Assembly (NCBI GenBank): GCA_002869585.1
Contig: PKUO01000042.1
Coordinates: 1,261 to 65,260 of the forward strand
Direction: 5' to 3'
DNA: 64,000 nucleotides
Origin: Sedimenticola sp.
GTDB lineage: Bacteria; Pseudomonadota; Gammaproteobacteria; Chromatiales; Chromatiaceae
Made by a program: the position numbers and the translations under genes. The stretch's first letter is position 1. Each line of letters begins with the position of its first letter. Below, piece after piece: positions 1 to 10,213 of this stretch. Under the pieces are notes generated by a model, which saw nothing but the letters and a program-made list of their open reading frames with translations, made no database searches and was not told where the DNA came from.

Positions 1-96
1 CAGATATCGTGATACTGGCTTATCAGAGTGCGAAACGTCGCGCAGGTTTTCTTTGTGCTAATCAGCAGCCACGTTGCTGTTTGCTCGATGTAACCT

Positions 97-2442
97 CTAT
101 TTGGTGAGACTGGCAAACAGTACCGGCAGCTGTTCCGGCAGACGGTCAACGTGATCGATAACGGTGTAGTTATTCTGCCCGAATATGCGTTTGACGTAGT
201 CGTCTGCATTTGGATCCAGTGTCAGACAGTAGGTCAGCACACCGGTCGAATAGAGTTCTTCCACCGCCTTTTTTGTGTCATGACGCAGATGCTGCGGATC
301 GCGTTCATCGATGTCCGCCGGTTCTCCGTCGGTGACCAGAAGAATCAGTTTACGCCGTTCCGGCTGCTTGAGTAGGTGCTGTCCGGCATGGCGCAGCGCG
401 GCCCCCATACGGGTCGAAAAGCTACCCTGCATTCCTGCGAGTCGTGCTTTGGCATCATCATAGAAATGCTGGTTGAAATCCTTGAAGCGAAAATACTGTA
501 CATCATGACGTCCATCTGAAGAGAAGCCATGCAGGGCGAAGGGGTCGCCGATGCCGTCGATTGCAGTTGAGACCAGCGTCGCTGCCTCGCGTGTCAACTG
601 CAGCACAGTCTTGTCTGAACCCTGCATGGATTCATTGGTAGACTCGGACAGGTCCATCAATACCACAACGGCAAGATCACGGCTCTTCAGTATATTGCGC
701 ATGGTGATGCGGGGATTGGGTTGCTCTCCCATGCGGATTGATATCATCGCATCGACTGCGGCGTTGATATCAATTTCGTCTCCATCTTCCAACCCGCGCT
801 GGCGTTGAACACCTTCCGGAGTTAAAAGATCGATGATCTGTTTGATGCGGTGAGTTACAGGGCGGTATTCAACCATGATGTCACGGATGTCTTCCGGATC
901 ACCCTTGGGTTGACGGCGTTCATAAACGGTCACCCAGTCGGGGCGATGTAATTGAATTTGGTAATCCCACTCCTGATAATGAAAGGGGTCCGAGATGGGT
1001 TCTTTACCCCACCAGTCATTGAAGCTTTTCTGATCCTCACTGAGATCATCCTCGTAGGGATACATTTCAGTAGAGCAGACCCATATCTCTTGTGCATCAT
1101 CGCCGGCCAGCTCACAATCCACCTCGTTGGCCATTTCAACGACACTGACGGTTTTGCGCACCTGGCGCTGGCTTGCTGACACATACTAATATTCTGTATT
1201 GAAATCGAACTCCTCGAATTCCCACACGTAACGGTTATCATCACGGTAAGGAATAGCGATTCGTTCCAGGATACGCAGGCTGGGTACTGCTTTGCGATCA
1301 GCAAACAGGTGGAATAGCTCCATACCCATGTGCCAGGAAAACTGGTTGTCATCCTGACGCGCCTGGATTTCATTGTGGAATTTTTTCACGAACGCGGTGA
1401 TTTGCTCATCGTCGATGGTCACGGTTTCGTCCATCAGCATATGAGCGATGTGCAGCAACACCGGCATGGTTTCATGCTCGGCCTTTTCCTGGTTCTCCTC
1501 GTCCATGGTAATCAGCGACATCCAAAGCTTTTTAAGCCCAGGAAATTCCATGCCCGCCTCGTACTCCACGCGCGCATCCTCCAGCATACCGATGAAGAAC
1601 ATCTGTGCAGGACTGAGCTGCTCTGCCGAGATAGGTGCAGTGCTATAACACATATGGGAGGCCATATGGCCTGCTGTGGCGCGATAAAGATCCAGACCAC
1701 TAACGTCTCCAACATTATCCACTGCATCTGGTACGTGCAATATTCGATGTTCGATGTAGGGACGGAAATCGGTGTAGTCGGCACCTGTCGGGCGTACGAA
1801 AAAGTCTCGACCCCAGAGTGCTCGAAGATAAAAGTTCAACTTACGCTGGATGCGTACGAACAGAACCCCGCGACGCTCTTTCTGCAACATCGCTTTTGAA
1901 TCGGCAGACTCCAGGTTGAAATAGGTTACCAGGTTATCAAAATCGCGGCGGTAAGCTTGGGCACCGAAGGTTGCCCAACGTCGCAGGCCACTCAGCGTCA
2001 GTTTCGTCAACAGTTGATCAATGTGATTCAACATTGGGCGCAGTCCACGCGCTGCTGTTGATGCGAACTGGTGAATGAAGGTCAGGTAACCTCGCAGTAA
2101 CTGTGCATCACCTAAGTTTCGAGCCGCCGAGGGTAGACTCTGGAACATCAGCATGATGACTTCACCTGATGTCATTGATGAGAGCTTCATCGCTGCGGTC
2201 AGACAATCTTCGATTATGTCTTCACCGCACTCCTTAACTACCAGTGGCATTTCCTGGAGGTAGGTAACCACCAAGTCGTTACCTCTCCCCAGGTTACACA
2301 GGGCTTTGGCTCCGTTCAGATAGTTTTCCAGCCCGGTGGGTGACATGGTACGCGCCGCTTCATGGAAGGTTCCCTCCAGTACGTCACGTATCGCAGGCAC
2401 ATCGGACAAAAAATCTTCGTAATCTTCGAGCTTTACTGACAT
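97..2442 (-). pseudogene. cbbO: cbbO (VWA-domain adaptor of the CbbQ Rubisco activase) interrupted by one in-frame TAG at 1186-1188
   Basis: Same-frame ORFs 1186..2454 and 97..1182 are separated only by TAG (..FNTEY*YVSASQ..). The C-terminal half has a VWA/MIDAS motif (VVVLMDLSESTN). It lies directly downstream of cbbQ, as in cbbLSQO operons. ATG 2442 is preceded by GAGG. The summed ~780 codons match full-length CbbO. Confidence 0.8.
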
Positions 2443-2589
2443 GTTTGACCTCAATTTTCGCTACCTGATACTGCGTAATAAGCAGATAGCCATATCACCT
2501 GATATCATCCTGAAATGTCGGTCCCACCGCCAATCCTTTGTGGTGTTAGGCACGCATCGTTTCGACAAACTGTCGTCGCTGTAAATGCT

Positions 2590-3405
2590 TTAGCTGAAGA
2601 ATGTCTGTACTGCTGCGTCCAGCGTATCCCGCATATCGGGGTCATCGGTCAATGGTGTCACCATGGTCATACTACAGGCTGCTAACGGATCAATACCTTT
2701 ACTGATTAATTGACCTGCATATACCAATAGACGGGTAGAGATGCCTTCATCGAGACCGTGGCCCTTGAGGTTACGTGCACGATGGGATATCTGCACCAGC
2801 TTGGCTGCAATATCCTTATCGACGCCAGATTCTTTGGCGACAATAGCAGTTTCGATGGATTCTTCTGGGTAATCGAAATCCAGACCACCAAAGCGCTGCT
2901 TGGTTGACTGTTTCAGATCTTTCATCAGTGACTGATAACCTGGGTTATATGAGATAACCAGTTGAAAATCCGGATGGGCTTCGATCAACTCCCCTTTTTT
3001 GTCCAGTGGCAGGGTGCGACGGTGGTCGGTTAGTGGATGAATGACAACGGTGGTATCCTGACGTGCTTCTACAACCTCGTCGAGATAACATATAGCACCG
3101 ATTCGCGCCGCATTTGCCAGTGGTCCGTCCTGCCATTTGGTGCCATCTTTATCCAGCAGGAATCGTCCAACCAGATCGGATGCCGTCATGTCTTCATTAC
3201 AGGCCACGGTAATCAATGGGCGACCCAGCTTGTATGCCATATATTCGACGAAACGGGATTTTCCGCATCCAGTGGGGCCTTTCAGCATCATTGGCATGCG
3301 TGCGTTATAGGCCGCTTCATACAGTGCAACCTCGTTGCCTACCGGCTCATAGTACGGTTCTTCTTTAACGAGGTACTGTTTGGAATCTACTGTAATATCT
3401 GACAT
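2590..3405 (-). CDS. cbbQ: CbbQ, MoxR-type AAA+ Rubisco activase subunit
   Basis: 271 aa with Walker A GPTGCGKS. Close resemblance to the CbbQ/NirQ/NorQ family. Located between cbbS and cbbO. Confidence 0.93.
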   Translation of the reverse strand: MSDITVDSKQYLVKEEPYYEPVGNEVALYEAAYNARMPMMLKGPTGCGKSRFVEYMAYKLGRPLITVACNEDMTASDLVGRFLLDKDGTKWQDGPLANAARIGAICYLDEVVEARQDTTVVIHPLTDHRRTLPLDKKGELIEAHPDFQLVISYNPGYQSLMKDLKQSTKQRFGGLDFDYPEESIETAIVAKESGVDKDIAAKLVQISHRARNLKGHGLDEGISTRLLVYAGQLISKGIDPLAACSMTMVTPLTDDPDMRDTLDAAVQTFFS

Positions 3406-3433
3406 GACACACCTTTTGTCTTTTCAGTTAAAT

Positions 3434-3748
3434 TTAGTCTTCGTCATCGGTCTCGGCTTCACCACTCCAACCGGCAGCTTTAGCCCGCTCAATGGCTTCA
3501 TCATGGATTTGCCGATGACGTTGATACAATTCTGCAGGCAGGTTACTAACCAAGCAGCCGTACTTGTCCCACTCAGCATTGACTTTTTGCAGTAGTGAAT
3601 CAATCCCGGCCAGGTTCCAGCCTTCACAGGTTTGTGATTCTTCGATAATACCGAACACCCAAGCATCACGGATGATCTTACCAATCGTTGTCATACCACC
3701 ATTTATGTCATTGTGAATGCCAACGTATCGGTCGGGTTTGGTAGCCAT
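3434..3748 (-). CDS. small hypothetical protein (104 aa) embedded between cbbS and cbbQ
   Basis: Clean ATG ORF on the operon strand with an acidic C-terminal tail (GEAETDDED). No family recognised. Confidence 0.6.
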   Translation of the reverse strand: MATKPDRYVGIHNDINGGMTTIGKIIRDAWVFGIIEESQTCEGWNLAGIDSLLQKVNAEWDKYGCLVSNLPAELYQRHRQIHDEAIERAKAAGWSGEAETDDED

Positions 3749-3819
3749 TGATCGCCTTTAACATTTTTAATCCAAAAATACCTTTATTTGATGCATCCCT
3801 GTTTATTCAGACTGCCTCA

Positions 3820-3857
3820 AATAAAAAGCCCCTGCCCCATGAAGGAAGCAGGGGCTT
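3820..3857 (-). terminator. stem-loop plus U-tract after cbbS (probable intra-operon attenuator)
   Basis: On the minus strand, AGCCCCTGC..(12 nt loop)..GCAGGGGCT is followed by TTTTTATTT. Confidence 0.6.
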
Positions 3858-3879
3858 CGATGTCCGATCTAATTAGAGA

Positions 3880-4236
3880 TTAGACAGCTTTACCGCGGTA
3901 GATAACCATGGCTGCACCAGCGCATTGAGCAAAGTTATCCAGACCCAGCAGACGAACATGATTGTTCGGATGGGCTTTATGGCAAGCAGCACATTCGGCC
4001 AGGATAGCGTCTACATCGGTTTCACCGAACATAGGCAGCTTCCACATGTACCAGTAGGAACCGGTCGAATTTTCAGGCTCGGTGTGCTCGACGGACGGAT
4101 TCCAGCCTTTTGAAACAATAAATTCGATCTGTTTACGAATCTGGTCATCGCTCATTGAAGGCAGGTAAGAGAAAGTTTCAAACTTACGACTCGCAGTATC
4201 GCTCAAGCTTGATTGGTAATCTTGCATTCCACTCAT
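3880..4236 (-). CDS. cbbS: Rubisco small subunit, form I
   Basis: 118 aa with small-subunit signature ([12 protein letters not shown]). Immediately downstream of cbbL. Confidence 0.95.
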   Translation of the reverse strand: MSGMQDYQSSLSDTASRKFETFSYLPSMSDDQIRKQIEFIVSKGWNPSVEHTEPENSTGSYWYMWKLPMFGETDVDAILAECAACHKAHPNNHVRLLGLDNFAQCAGAAMVIYRGKAV

Positions 4237-4323
4237 TGTGTTATACCTCTAAATATACATTTTCCAAAAGAATCAAGTTTGGTTTGCCGGTCAGATCAAC
4301 CCGATCTGACCGGTTTCAACACG

Positions 4324-5745
4324 TTACTTATGCTTCACGTCGAGCTTGTCGACGGTATCGAATTCAAACTTGATCTCTTTCCACGTCTCCATCGCAGCCT
4401 TCAGCTCTGGGCTGTTATTGGCAGCTTTGGTCAGAATATCTTTACCTTCTTTCTCAAGTTCACGACCTTCGTTACGTGCTTCTACACAAGCCTCAACCGC
4501 AACACGGTTTGCAGCAGCGCCAGCAGCGTTACCCCATGGGTGACCCAGCGTACCGCCACCGAACTGGAGTACAGAGTCATCACCGAAGATGTTGACCAGT
4601 GCAGGCATGTGCCATACGTGGATACCACCGGAAGCAACCGGCAGTACGCCTGGCATCGCACCCCAATCCTGATCGAAGAAGATACCGCGTGAACGGTCTT
4701 CTTTAACATAGCTGTCACGCATGATATCGATCCAGCCAAGTGTTGCGTCACGGTCGCCTTCCAGCTTACCCACAACAGTACCTGAGTGCAGGTGGTCACC
4801 ACCGGACAGACGCAGGATCTTGGTCAGTACGCGGAAGTGGATACCGTGGTGCGGGTTACGGTCGAGAACCGCGTGCATTGCACGGTGGATGTGCAGCAGC
4901 ATGCCGTTGTTCTGACACCACTGTGCCAGCTGGGTGTTAGCAGACCAGCCACCAGTTATGTAGTCATGCATGATGATCGGTGCGCCGATCTCTTTGGCAT
5001 ACTCGGCACGCCTCATCATTTCATCAGATGTCGGTGCAGTAACGTTCAGATAGTGACCTTTACGCTCACCAGTCTCGGCTTCGGCTTTATGGATTGCTTC
5101 CATAACAAAGTCAAAACGGTGTCTCCAGCGCATGAACGGCTGGGAGTTGACATTCTCGTCATCCTTGGTGAAATCGAGACCGCCACGAAGACCTTCATAA
5201 CAAGCGCGGCCGTAGTTTTTGGCTGAGAGACCCAGCTTTGGCTTGATGGTACAACCCAGCAGAGGACGACCATACTTGTTCAGCATATCGCGCTCTACCT
5301 GGATACCCTGCGGTGGTCCATTACAGGTCATTACGTAGGCGATTGGGAAGCGGATATCTTCCAGACGCAGGGCACGCAGCGCCTTGAATCCGAATACGTT
5401 ACCGACCAGTGAGGTCATGACGTTAACCACGGAACCCTCTTCAAACAGATCGATAGGGTAAGCAACGAAGGCATAGAAACAGGTGTCATCACCCGGTACG
5501 TCTTCAATCGCGTAGGCACGGCCCTTATAGTAATCCAGGTCGGTGAGCAGATCTGTCCAGACCGTTGTCCAGGTACCGGTGGATGATTCGGCAGCAACTG
5601 CCGCCGCGACTTCTTCACGAGGCACACCCGGTTGCGGGGTGACTTTGAAGCACGCCAGAATGTCAGTGTCCTTCGGAGTGTAATCGGGCATCCAATATGT
5701 TTCGCGGTACTCTTTTACGCCTGCATTGTAGCTCTTTACAGCCAT
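4324..5745 (-). CDS. cbbL: Rubisco large subunit, form IA
   Basis: 473 aa. N-terminus [18 protein letters not shown] and active-site region [30 protein letters not shown] upstream. Confidence 0.98.
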   Translation of the reverse strand: MAVKSYNAGVKEYRETYWMPDYTPKDTDILACFKVTPQPGVPREEVAAAVAAESSTGTWTTVWTDLLTDLDYYKGRAYAIEDVPGDDTCFYAFVAYPIDLFEEGSVVNVMTSLVGNVFGFKALRALRLEDIRFPIAYVMTCNGPPQGIQVERDMLNKYGRPLLGCTIKPKLGLSAKNYGRACYEGLRGGLDFTKDDENVNSQPFMRWRHRFDFVMEAIHKAEAETGERKGHYLNVTAPTSDEMMRRAEYAKEIGAPIIMHDYITGGWSANTQLAQWCQNNGMLLHIHRAMHAVLDRNPHHGIHFRVLTKILRLSGGDHLHSGTVVGKLEGDRDATLGWIDIMRDSYVKEDRSRGIFFDQDWGAMPGVLPVASGGIHVWHMPALVNIFGDDSVLQFGGGTLGHPWGNAAGAAANRVAVEACVEARNEGRELEKEGKDILTKAANNSPELKAAMETWKEIKFEFDTVDKLDVKHK

Positions 5746-6311
5746 GTTAACTTTCCTCCTCGTTTGAGGTATTTAGAGAGAAACACACCAATTAACACTG
5801 TGTTTCACGGGTTAATCATCACGGTTGCCAAATTTAGTGGACAACAACGATAAATAAAAGTTAATATTTTTTATATTTTACATAAATAAATACTTATACA
5901 TGAAATCTCCCAATCAGCGGCCTCCTCCAGGTCAAGCGCCCGAAAAGGCCGTGGCATGCCATTTTTATTGTGAAAAAACCGGAAACGGATGGGTATTTCT
6001 TACTGTTCCGGACTGCACGTTGTTCAATGCCTGCCAGACTATATATTCGAGTGCAGGAGGCGTCTCGATCTCTCTTTGAATGAAATTTAGATTGAGGTAG
6101 ACAGTCCGCTTGGAATCGGAGTGGTGACGACGGCAAACTATGATACTGCCACATCTTTATGACGACTTTCTTCGACTTTACCCGGGTATTGAACCCTTGC
6201 ATTGAATAGGCTGCCGGTATACGCAAGACATTCGAGAAACTACGCTCATTTCTCAGAAAAAACCCCTCAATGCCTGGGCAATATTATCTACCCAGGCGTC
6301 AGATAATGCCA

Positions 6312-6659
6312 CTATTTATCAACGCGATCTCTATCCTGGATCTGGTCACGGTCGAGTACTGCATCTTCACTGGGCATCGCCTCACTCTGATCCCGACTCT
6401 GCATCTCTGCACGTTGCTGATATTGGGCATCTCCCTTTATCTGGTTGCGGTGACGTTGCTGGACCATTTCACCTACACCCGGAACGCCCACGCCCTGATA
6501 TGCTGCGGCGGTACCTGAACCACCGTCGGAGCCAGATCCTGCCCCAGCACCACCACCGCCTGCACCTCCGGCACCACCATCACCCGAGGCGATTGCAATG
6601 GCTGTCAACGTCGTAAACAAAAATGCAAATATCACTTGAAATAACCTTTTTGCTTTCAT
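6312..6659 (-). CDS. glycine-rich secreted small protein (hypothetical)
   Basis: N-terminal signal peptide (MKAKRLFQVIFAFLFTTLTAIAIA) followed by a G/A/S-rich tract and a Q/R/D-rich tail. Its start overlaps the stop of upstream ORF 6656..6889 (ATGA). Confidence 0.5.
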   Translation of the reverse strand: MKAKRLFQVIFAFLFTTLTAIAIASGDGGAGGAGGGGAGAGSGSDGGSGTAAAYQGVGVPGVGEMVQQRHRNQIKGDAQYQQRAEMQSRDQSEAMPSEDAVLDRDQIQDRDRVDK

Positions 6660-6923
6660 GACACACCTCGTCCGAATTCAGCTTGATGAGAAAACTTCTC
6701 TACTTCACCTGCAAAAAAGTCTATGCCAGAGATATAGTATCTGTGTTGCATAACCAAGGCTTTTTGTATCAGTGTGTTACAAGGATCAAGGTTATTGAAA
6801 CAAGCAGCCACGGCTGCAACATACTCCGAGGTTGATATTGAACAATCGTCAGGGTGAGCGTAGTGTTGCTCATACAACGAATCGCCCAACTGATTTCAGC
6901 GGATAAAACGCAGGATAAAAACC

Positions 6924-7298
6924 ATGTCGTCATCGAACGAAACAGCAACGACTGAATACACGGAACAGGAGATCAAATTCGCCTCGAATGCGGCACTGGC
7001 ATCCATCCTCAATCTCACCTTTCTTCCGGTTCTGGGTTTTATCTGGTTAGTGACACATTTGAACAAATCCTACCAGGAGAGCATTGGCCATTATCATGTC
7101 GTGCTAGGCATAAAGCTGAATATAATCGCCGCGTTTTCGCTGCTCGTGGTGAGCGGACTGATGATTGCGTTCGGCGGTTTCGACTCCCCCTGGACCTGGG
7201 TTTATGTCATTACCTATTTCACGCTGGTGCATACCATATTCATCGTGATTGCTGTCTGGGCGATGGTCAGATCATGGTCTGGAAACCGCCTCAGATAG
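6924..7298 (+). CDS. hypothetical membrane protein (3-4 TM)
   Basis: 124 aa with several hydrophobic helices. ATG with an AGGA upstream. Confidence 0.55.
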   Translation: MSSSNETATTEYTEQEIKFASNAALASILNLTFLPVLGFIWLVTHLNKSYQESIGHYHVVLGIKLNIIAAFSLLVVSGLMIAFGGFDSPWTWVYVITYFTLVHTIFIVIAVWAMVRSWSGNRLR

Positions 7299-7315
7299 AC
7301 GCACTGGAAATGCAA

Positions 7316-8659
7316 CTATTGTAAAACAGCAATATCCCCCTGGGGTTTACGCCCCAGGGTAACCACTGCGTCTGTGCCGCCACCCTGACGGCGTTGCAGT
7401 TGCACATCCCAACCGTAGGCCATCGCCAACTGCCTGACGATGGCAAGCCCCAGACCACTGCCACCGGTACTCTGATTCCGCGATTGCTCCAAACGGTAGA
7501 AGGGTCTGAAGACATTCTCCAGTTCCTCTTCCGGGATACCGGGACCCTGGTCACTCACAGAAATCACCATCCCTTTTCCCGAACAGCCACAGTTCACCGC
7601 AATCGGCGAGCCTTGCCCATAGCGCACCGCATTTTCCAGCAGATTGGAGACGATGCGGCTCAGCGCCATGGCATTCACCTCCTCACGGCACCCGGGACAG
7701 GGATGCCAGTCAATCTCGGCGCCACGCTCCCTGAACTGCTCAACCAGATCGTTCAGCAAAGACTCAATCAGCAGGTTCTCATGAGGACTCCCCTCCAGCC
7801 CCCTGCTGATATCCAGAAACATACCTATCAGACGATTGATCCGTTCCAGGTCGCGGCGAATACCGGCCATCAGCACGGGGTCCCCGCCCTCCTGCGGCAG
7901 CATCTCCAGGGCCAGTTGAATCTGCGTAATCGGTGTGCGCAGGTCATGGGAGATCCCCGCCAGCAGCGTGGTACGGTTGGCCAGAAGTTCCCGCACCTGG
8001 CCGGTCATACGATTGAAGCTCCTGGCCAGACCGGCCAACTCCTCGGGACAGGTTTCAGACACCGGTTCAGGCCACTCCCCTGCACCCAGGGTACGCACTG
8101 CCTTCGATAACGATTCCAGCGGTGATGACAGGCGTTTGACCAACACCCCCACCGTCAGCAAAGTGACGCCTATACCCACGGTCAGAACCAGCAGCAGAGC
8201 CGCAGGCGGGTGAACGCCGATACGCGAGCGGGGAAAGCCCACGCGCACCCTCTCCCCTTTCAATGGGATGTCGACCCAAAACCATTGCCCCCGCTGGCTG
8301 GTGTTATGTTCAAGCAGTTTGGCCGGTTCGCCGGTTCTGGTGGCGAGCGCCTTCTCAAGAAAAAAACGATAGGGAAGCCAGCTCTCGCTTACCGCGTATT
8401 GGGTATCATCATCGGTCAGGGTAATGTTATAGCGCTCCACGAAGCGTTGCTCCAACAACGGCCGTTCAGCAACAGCCACCTGCCACATCTCGGCGGACGA
8501 GATCATCAGTGCTGCCAGATCATCTGCGGAGCGTTGACCCAGCGGGATCAGCATCAGAGAGCCAACCACAATCAGGATAAAGAGCTGAAACCCGATAGAG
8601 ACCACGGCAATGGTATTCAGGGTTCTGCCGAACAGCGTACGCGGCTTGAAAATACTCAC
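7316..8659 (-). CDS. sensor histidine kinase (EnvZ-like: 2 TM, HAMP, HisKA, HATPase)
   Basis: H-box ISHDLRTPIT, plus N/G boxes (NLLENAVRY, DQGPGI, GGSGLGLAIV). GTG start 9 nt after the regulator stop. Confidence 0.9.
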   Translation of the reverse strand: MSIFKPRTLFGRTLNTIAVVSIGFQLFILIVVGSLMLIPLGQRSADDLAALMISSAEMWQVAVAERPLLEQRFVERYNITLTDDDTQYAVSESWLPYRFFLEKALATRTGEPAKLLEHNTSQRGQWFWVDIPLKGERVRVGFPRSRIGVHPPAALLLVLTVGIGVTLLTVGVLVKRLSSPLESLSKAVRTLGAGEWPEPVSETCPEELAGLARSFNRMTGQVRELLANRTTLLAGISHDLRTPITQIQLALEMLPQEGGDPVLMAGIRRDLERINRLIGMFLDISRGLEGSPHENLLIESLLNDLVEQFRERGAEIDWHPCPGCREEVNAMALSRIVSNLLENAVRYGQGSPIAVNCGCSGKGMVISVSDQGPGIPEEELENVFRPFYRLEQSRNQSTGGSGLGLAIVRQLAMAYGWDVQLQRRQGGGTDAVVTLGRKPQGDIAVLQ

Positions 8660-8668
8660 GGAGCGCCT

Positions 8669-9376
8669 TCAGGGATCAGGTGAAAAGAGGTAACCCGCAC
8701 CCCAGATGGTGCGCAGATAGACCGGCTCCGATGCATCCACCTCGATCTTGCGTCTCAGGCGGTTTACCCGCACGTCGATACTACGGTCGAAAGGTGAGCG
8801 CTCGTAACCCTTGGTCAGGTCCAGCAGACGGTCACGGCTCAACACGTTATTGGGGTTCTGCACAAAAATGCGCAGCAGTTCAAACTCCCCCAGGGTCAAG
8901 GGAATTTCAGCCTTCTCCCGGGTCAGCTTATGGCTGTAGAGATTGAGTTCGAATGGACCAAAGCGCACCATCTGCTCGGCGCTGCCATCAGCATGCGCCT
9001 TGTTTCGGCTGCGACGCAGCACGGCGCGCACCCGCGCCAGCAGTTCCCGTGGATTGAACGGCTTGGCCAGATAATCATCGGCGCCCACCTCCAGCCCGAC
9101 GATCTTATCAACCTCATCGCCACGCGCGGAGAGGATGATAATCGCCTGGTCACCCTGCTGGCGCAGGCGACGCGCCAGCGTCAGGCCATCATCTCCCGGC
9201 ATCATCAGATCGAGAATAATCAGATCGACACTGTTTTTCTTCAGATAGCGCTCCATCGCCGCGCCATCGGCAACCGCGTCCACGGTATAACCCTGCTCCT
9301 TGAGATAGCGTTTTAACAAGGCCCGCAATTCAGGCTCATCGTCTACCACAAGCAGGTGTTCATGTTGCTCAGTCAT
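8669..9376 (-). CDS. OmpR-family response regulator
   Basis: Receiver domain (LLVVDDEPELRALL, DLIILDLMMPG) plus winged-helix C-terminus (IWGAGYLF). Start moved to ATG 9376 (MTEQHEH). Confidence 0.92.
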   Translation of the reverse strand: MTEQHEHLLVVDDEPELRALLKRYLKEQGYTVDAVADGAAMERYLKKNSVDLIILDLMMPGDDGLTLARRLRQQGDQAIIILSARGDEVDKIVGLEVGADDYLAKPFNPRELLARVRAVLRRSRNKAHADGSAEQMVRFGPFELNLYSHKLTREKAEIPLTLGEFELLRIFVQNPNNVLSRDRLLDLTKGYERSPFDRSIDVRVNRLRRKIEVDASEPVYLRTIWGAGYLFSPDP

Positions 9377-9546
9377 GGTAATCCTGGCAGCGAATTTGTA
9401 ACAACACTGAAACAAGTTGATACAACATGTTACCTCACCGCAATCAAATCCCGATAAGTTTTCGACAATCTCAATACTACAAAAACAAGAACGCAACACA
9501 ATCCGTTTCGTAATTCATAGAAACCAATGCAAAGAGGTCAAACGCC

Positions 9547-10161
9547 ATGCAACCCACAATGAACACCATTAAAACCACCCTGAAGAAAGGTACCGTGCTG
9601 ATTGCAGCCATGGGCCTGTCCACCATCATCAATCTGACACATGCGCAGGATGCCGCGCCAGATATGCAGAAACTGCAGCAGATGATGAACAAGCAGATCA
9701 GCCTCATGAAACCGGAGCTGCAGGAAAAGGTCAAGGCGCTGTCACCACAAACCAAGAAACTGCTGCTTGGTATCTATGGCGCACACAGCCGCCACAGCGA
9801 CAAAGTCACCCTCCGCCAGGTGATGCACGAGGCGCAATCCGACTATCAAAGCATGCTGGTAGGTGTTTTGACGGACAACCAGGAACAGGCCGCTGACAGC
9901 GCCCGCCGCCTGGCCAATCACCGCATCCCCATCGGCGGCCTGCTTCCCTACCTGGATATCAAGTTCATCAATGACCAGGGTCTGAGCGCACTGGCTGGTT
10001 TCAACGATGCCGTCGAAGGTAATGCCCTTCGCCTGGCTGATGCCGCCGATCAGGGCGACATGATCAAGGCCTCCTCTCTGGTAGGCACCATCACCAACGG
10101 TTGTTTCAGTTGCCACGCCATGTTCCGTGGTGTTCCCGGAAAATCACAATTGCTGCGCTAA
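9547..10161 (+). CDS. periplasmic class II cytochrome c (cytochrome c-prime/c556-like)
   Basis: Signal peptide, predicted helical body and a single C-terminal CxxCH (CFSCHAMFRG), as in class II cytochromes. Longer than typical members. Confidence 0.65.
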   Translation: MQPTMNTIKTTLKKGTVLIAAMGLSTIINLTHAQDAAPDMQKLQQMMNKQISLMKPELQEKVKALSPQTKKLLLGIYGAHSRHSDKVTLRQVMHEAQSDYQSMLVGVLTDNQEQAADSARRLANHRIPIGGLLPYLDIKFINDQGLSALAGFNDAVEGNALRLADAADQGDMIKASSLVGTITNGCFSCHAMFRGVPGKSQLLR

Positions 10162-10213
10162 TAAAAAACAAACAGAAACACAGCAAATTAACCTTTAGTT
10201 GGAGGAGATTACC

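Noticed and set aside
5894-6226. 110-aa minus-strand ORF in the AT-rich region upstream of cbbL
   Set aside because: It has no RBS, an odd composition and no recognisable family. More likely non-coding promoter or UTR sequence.
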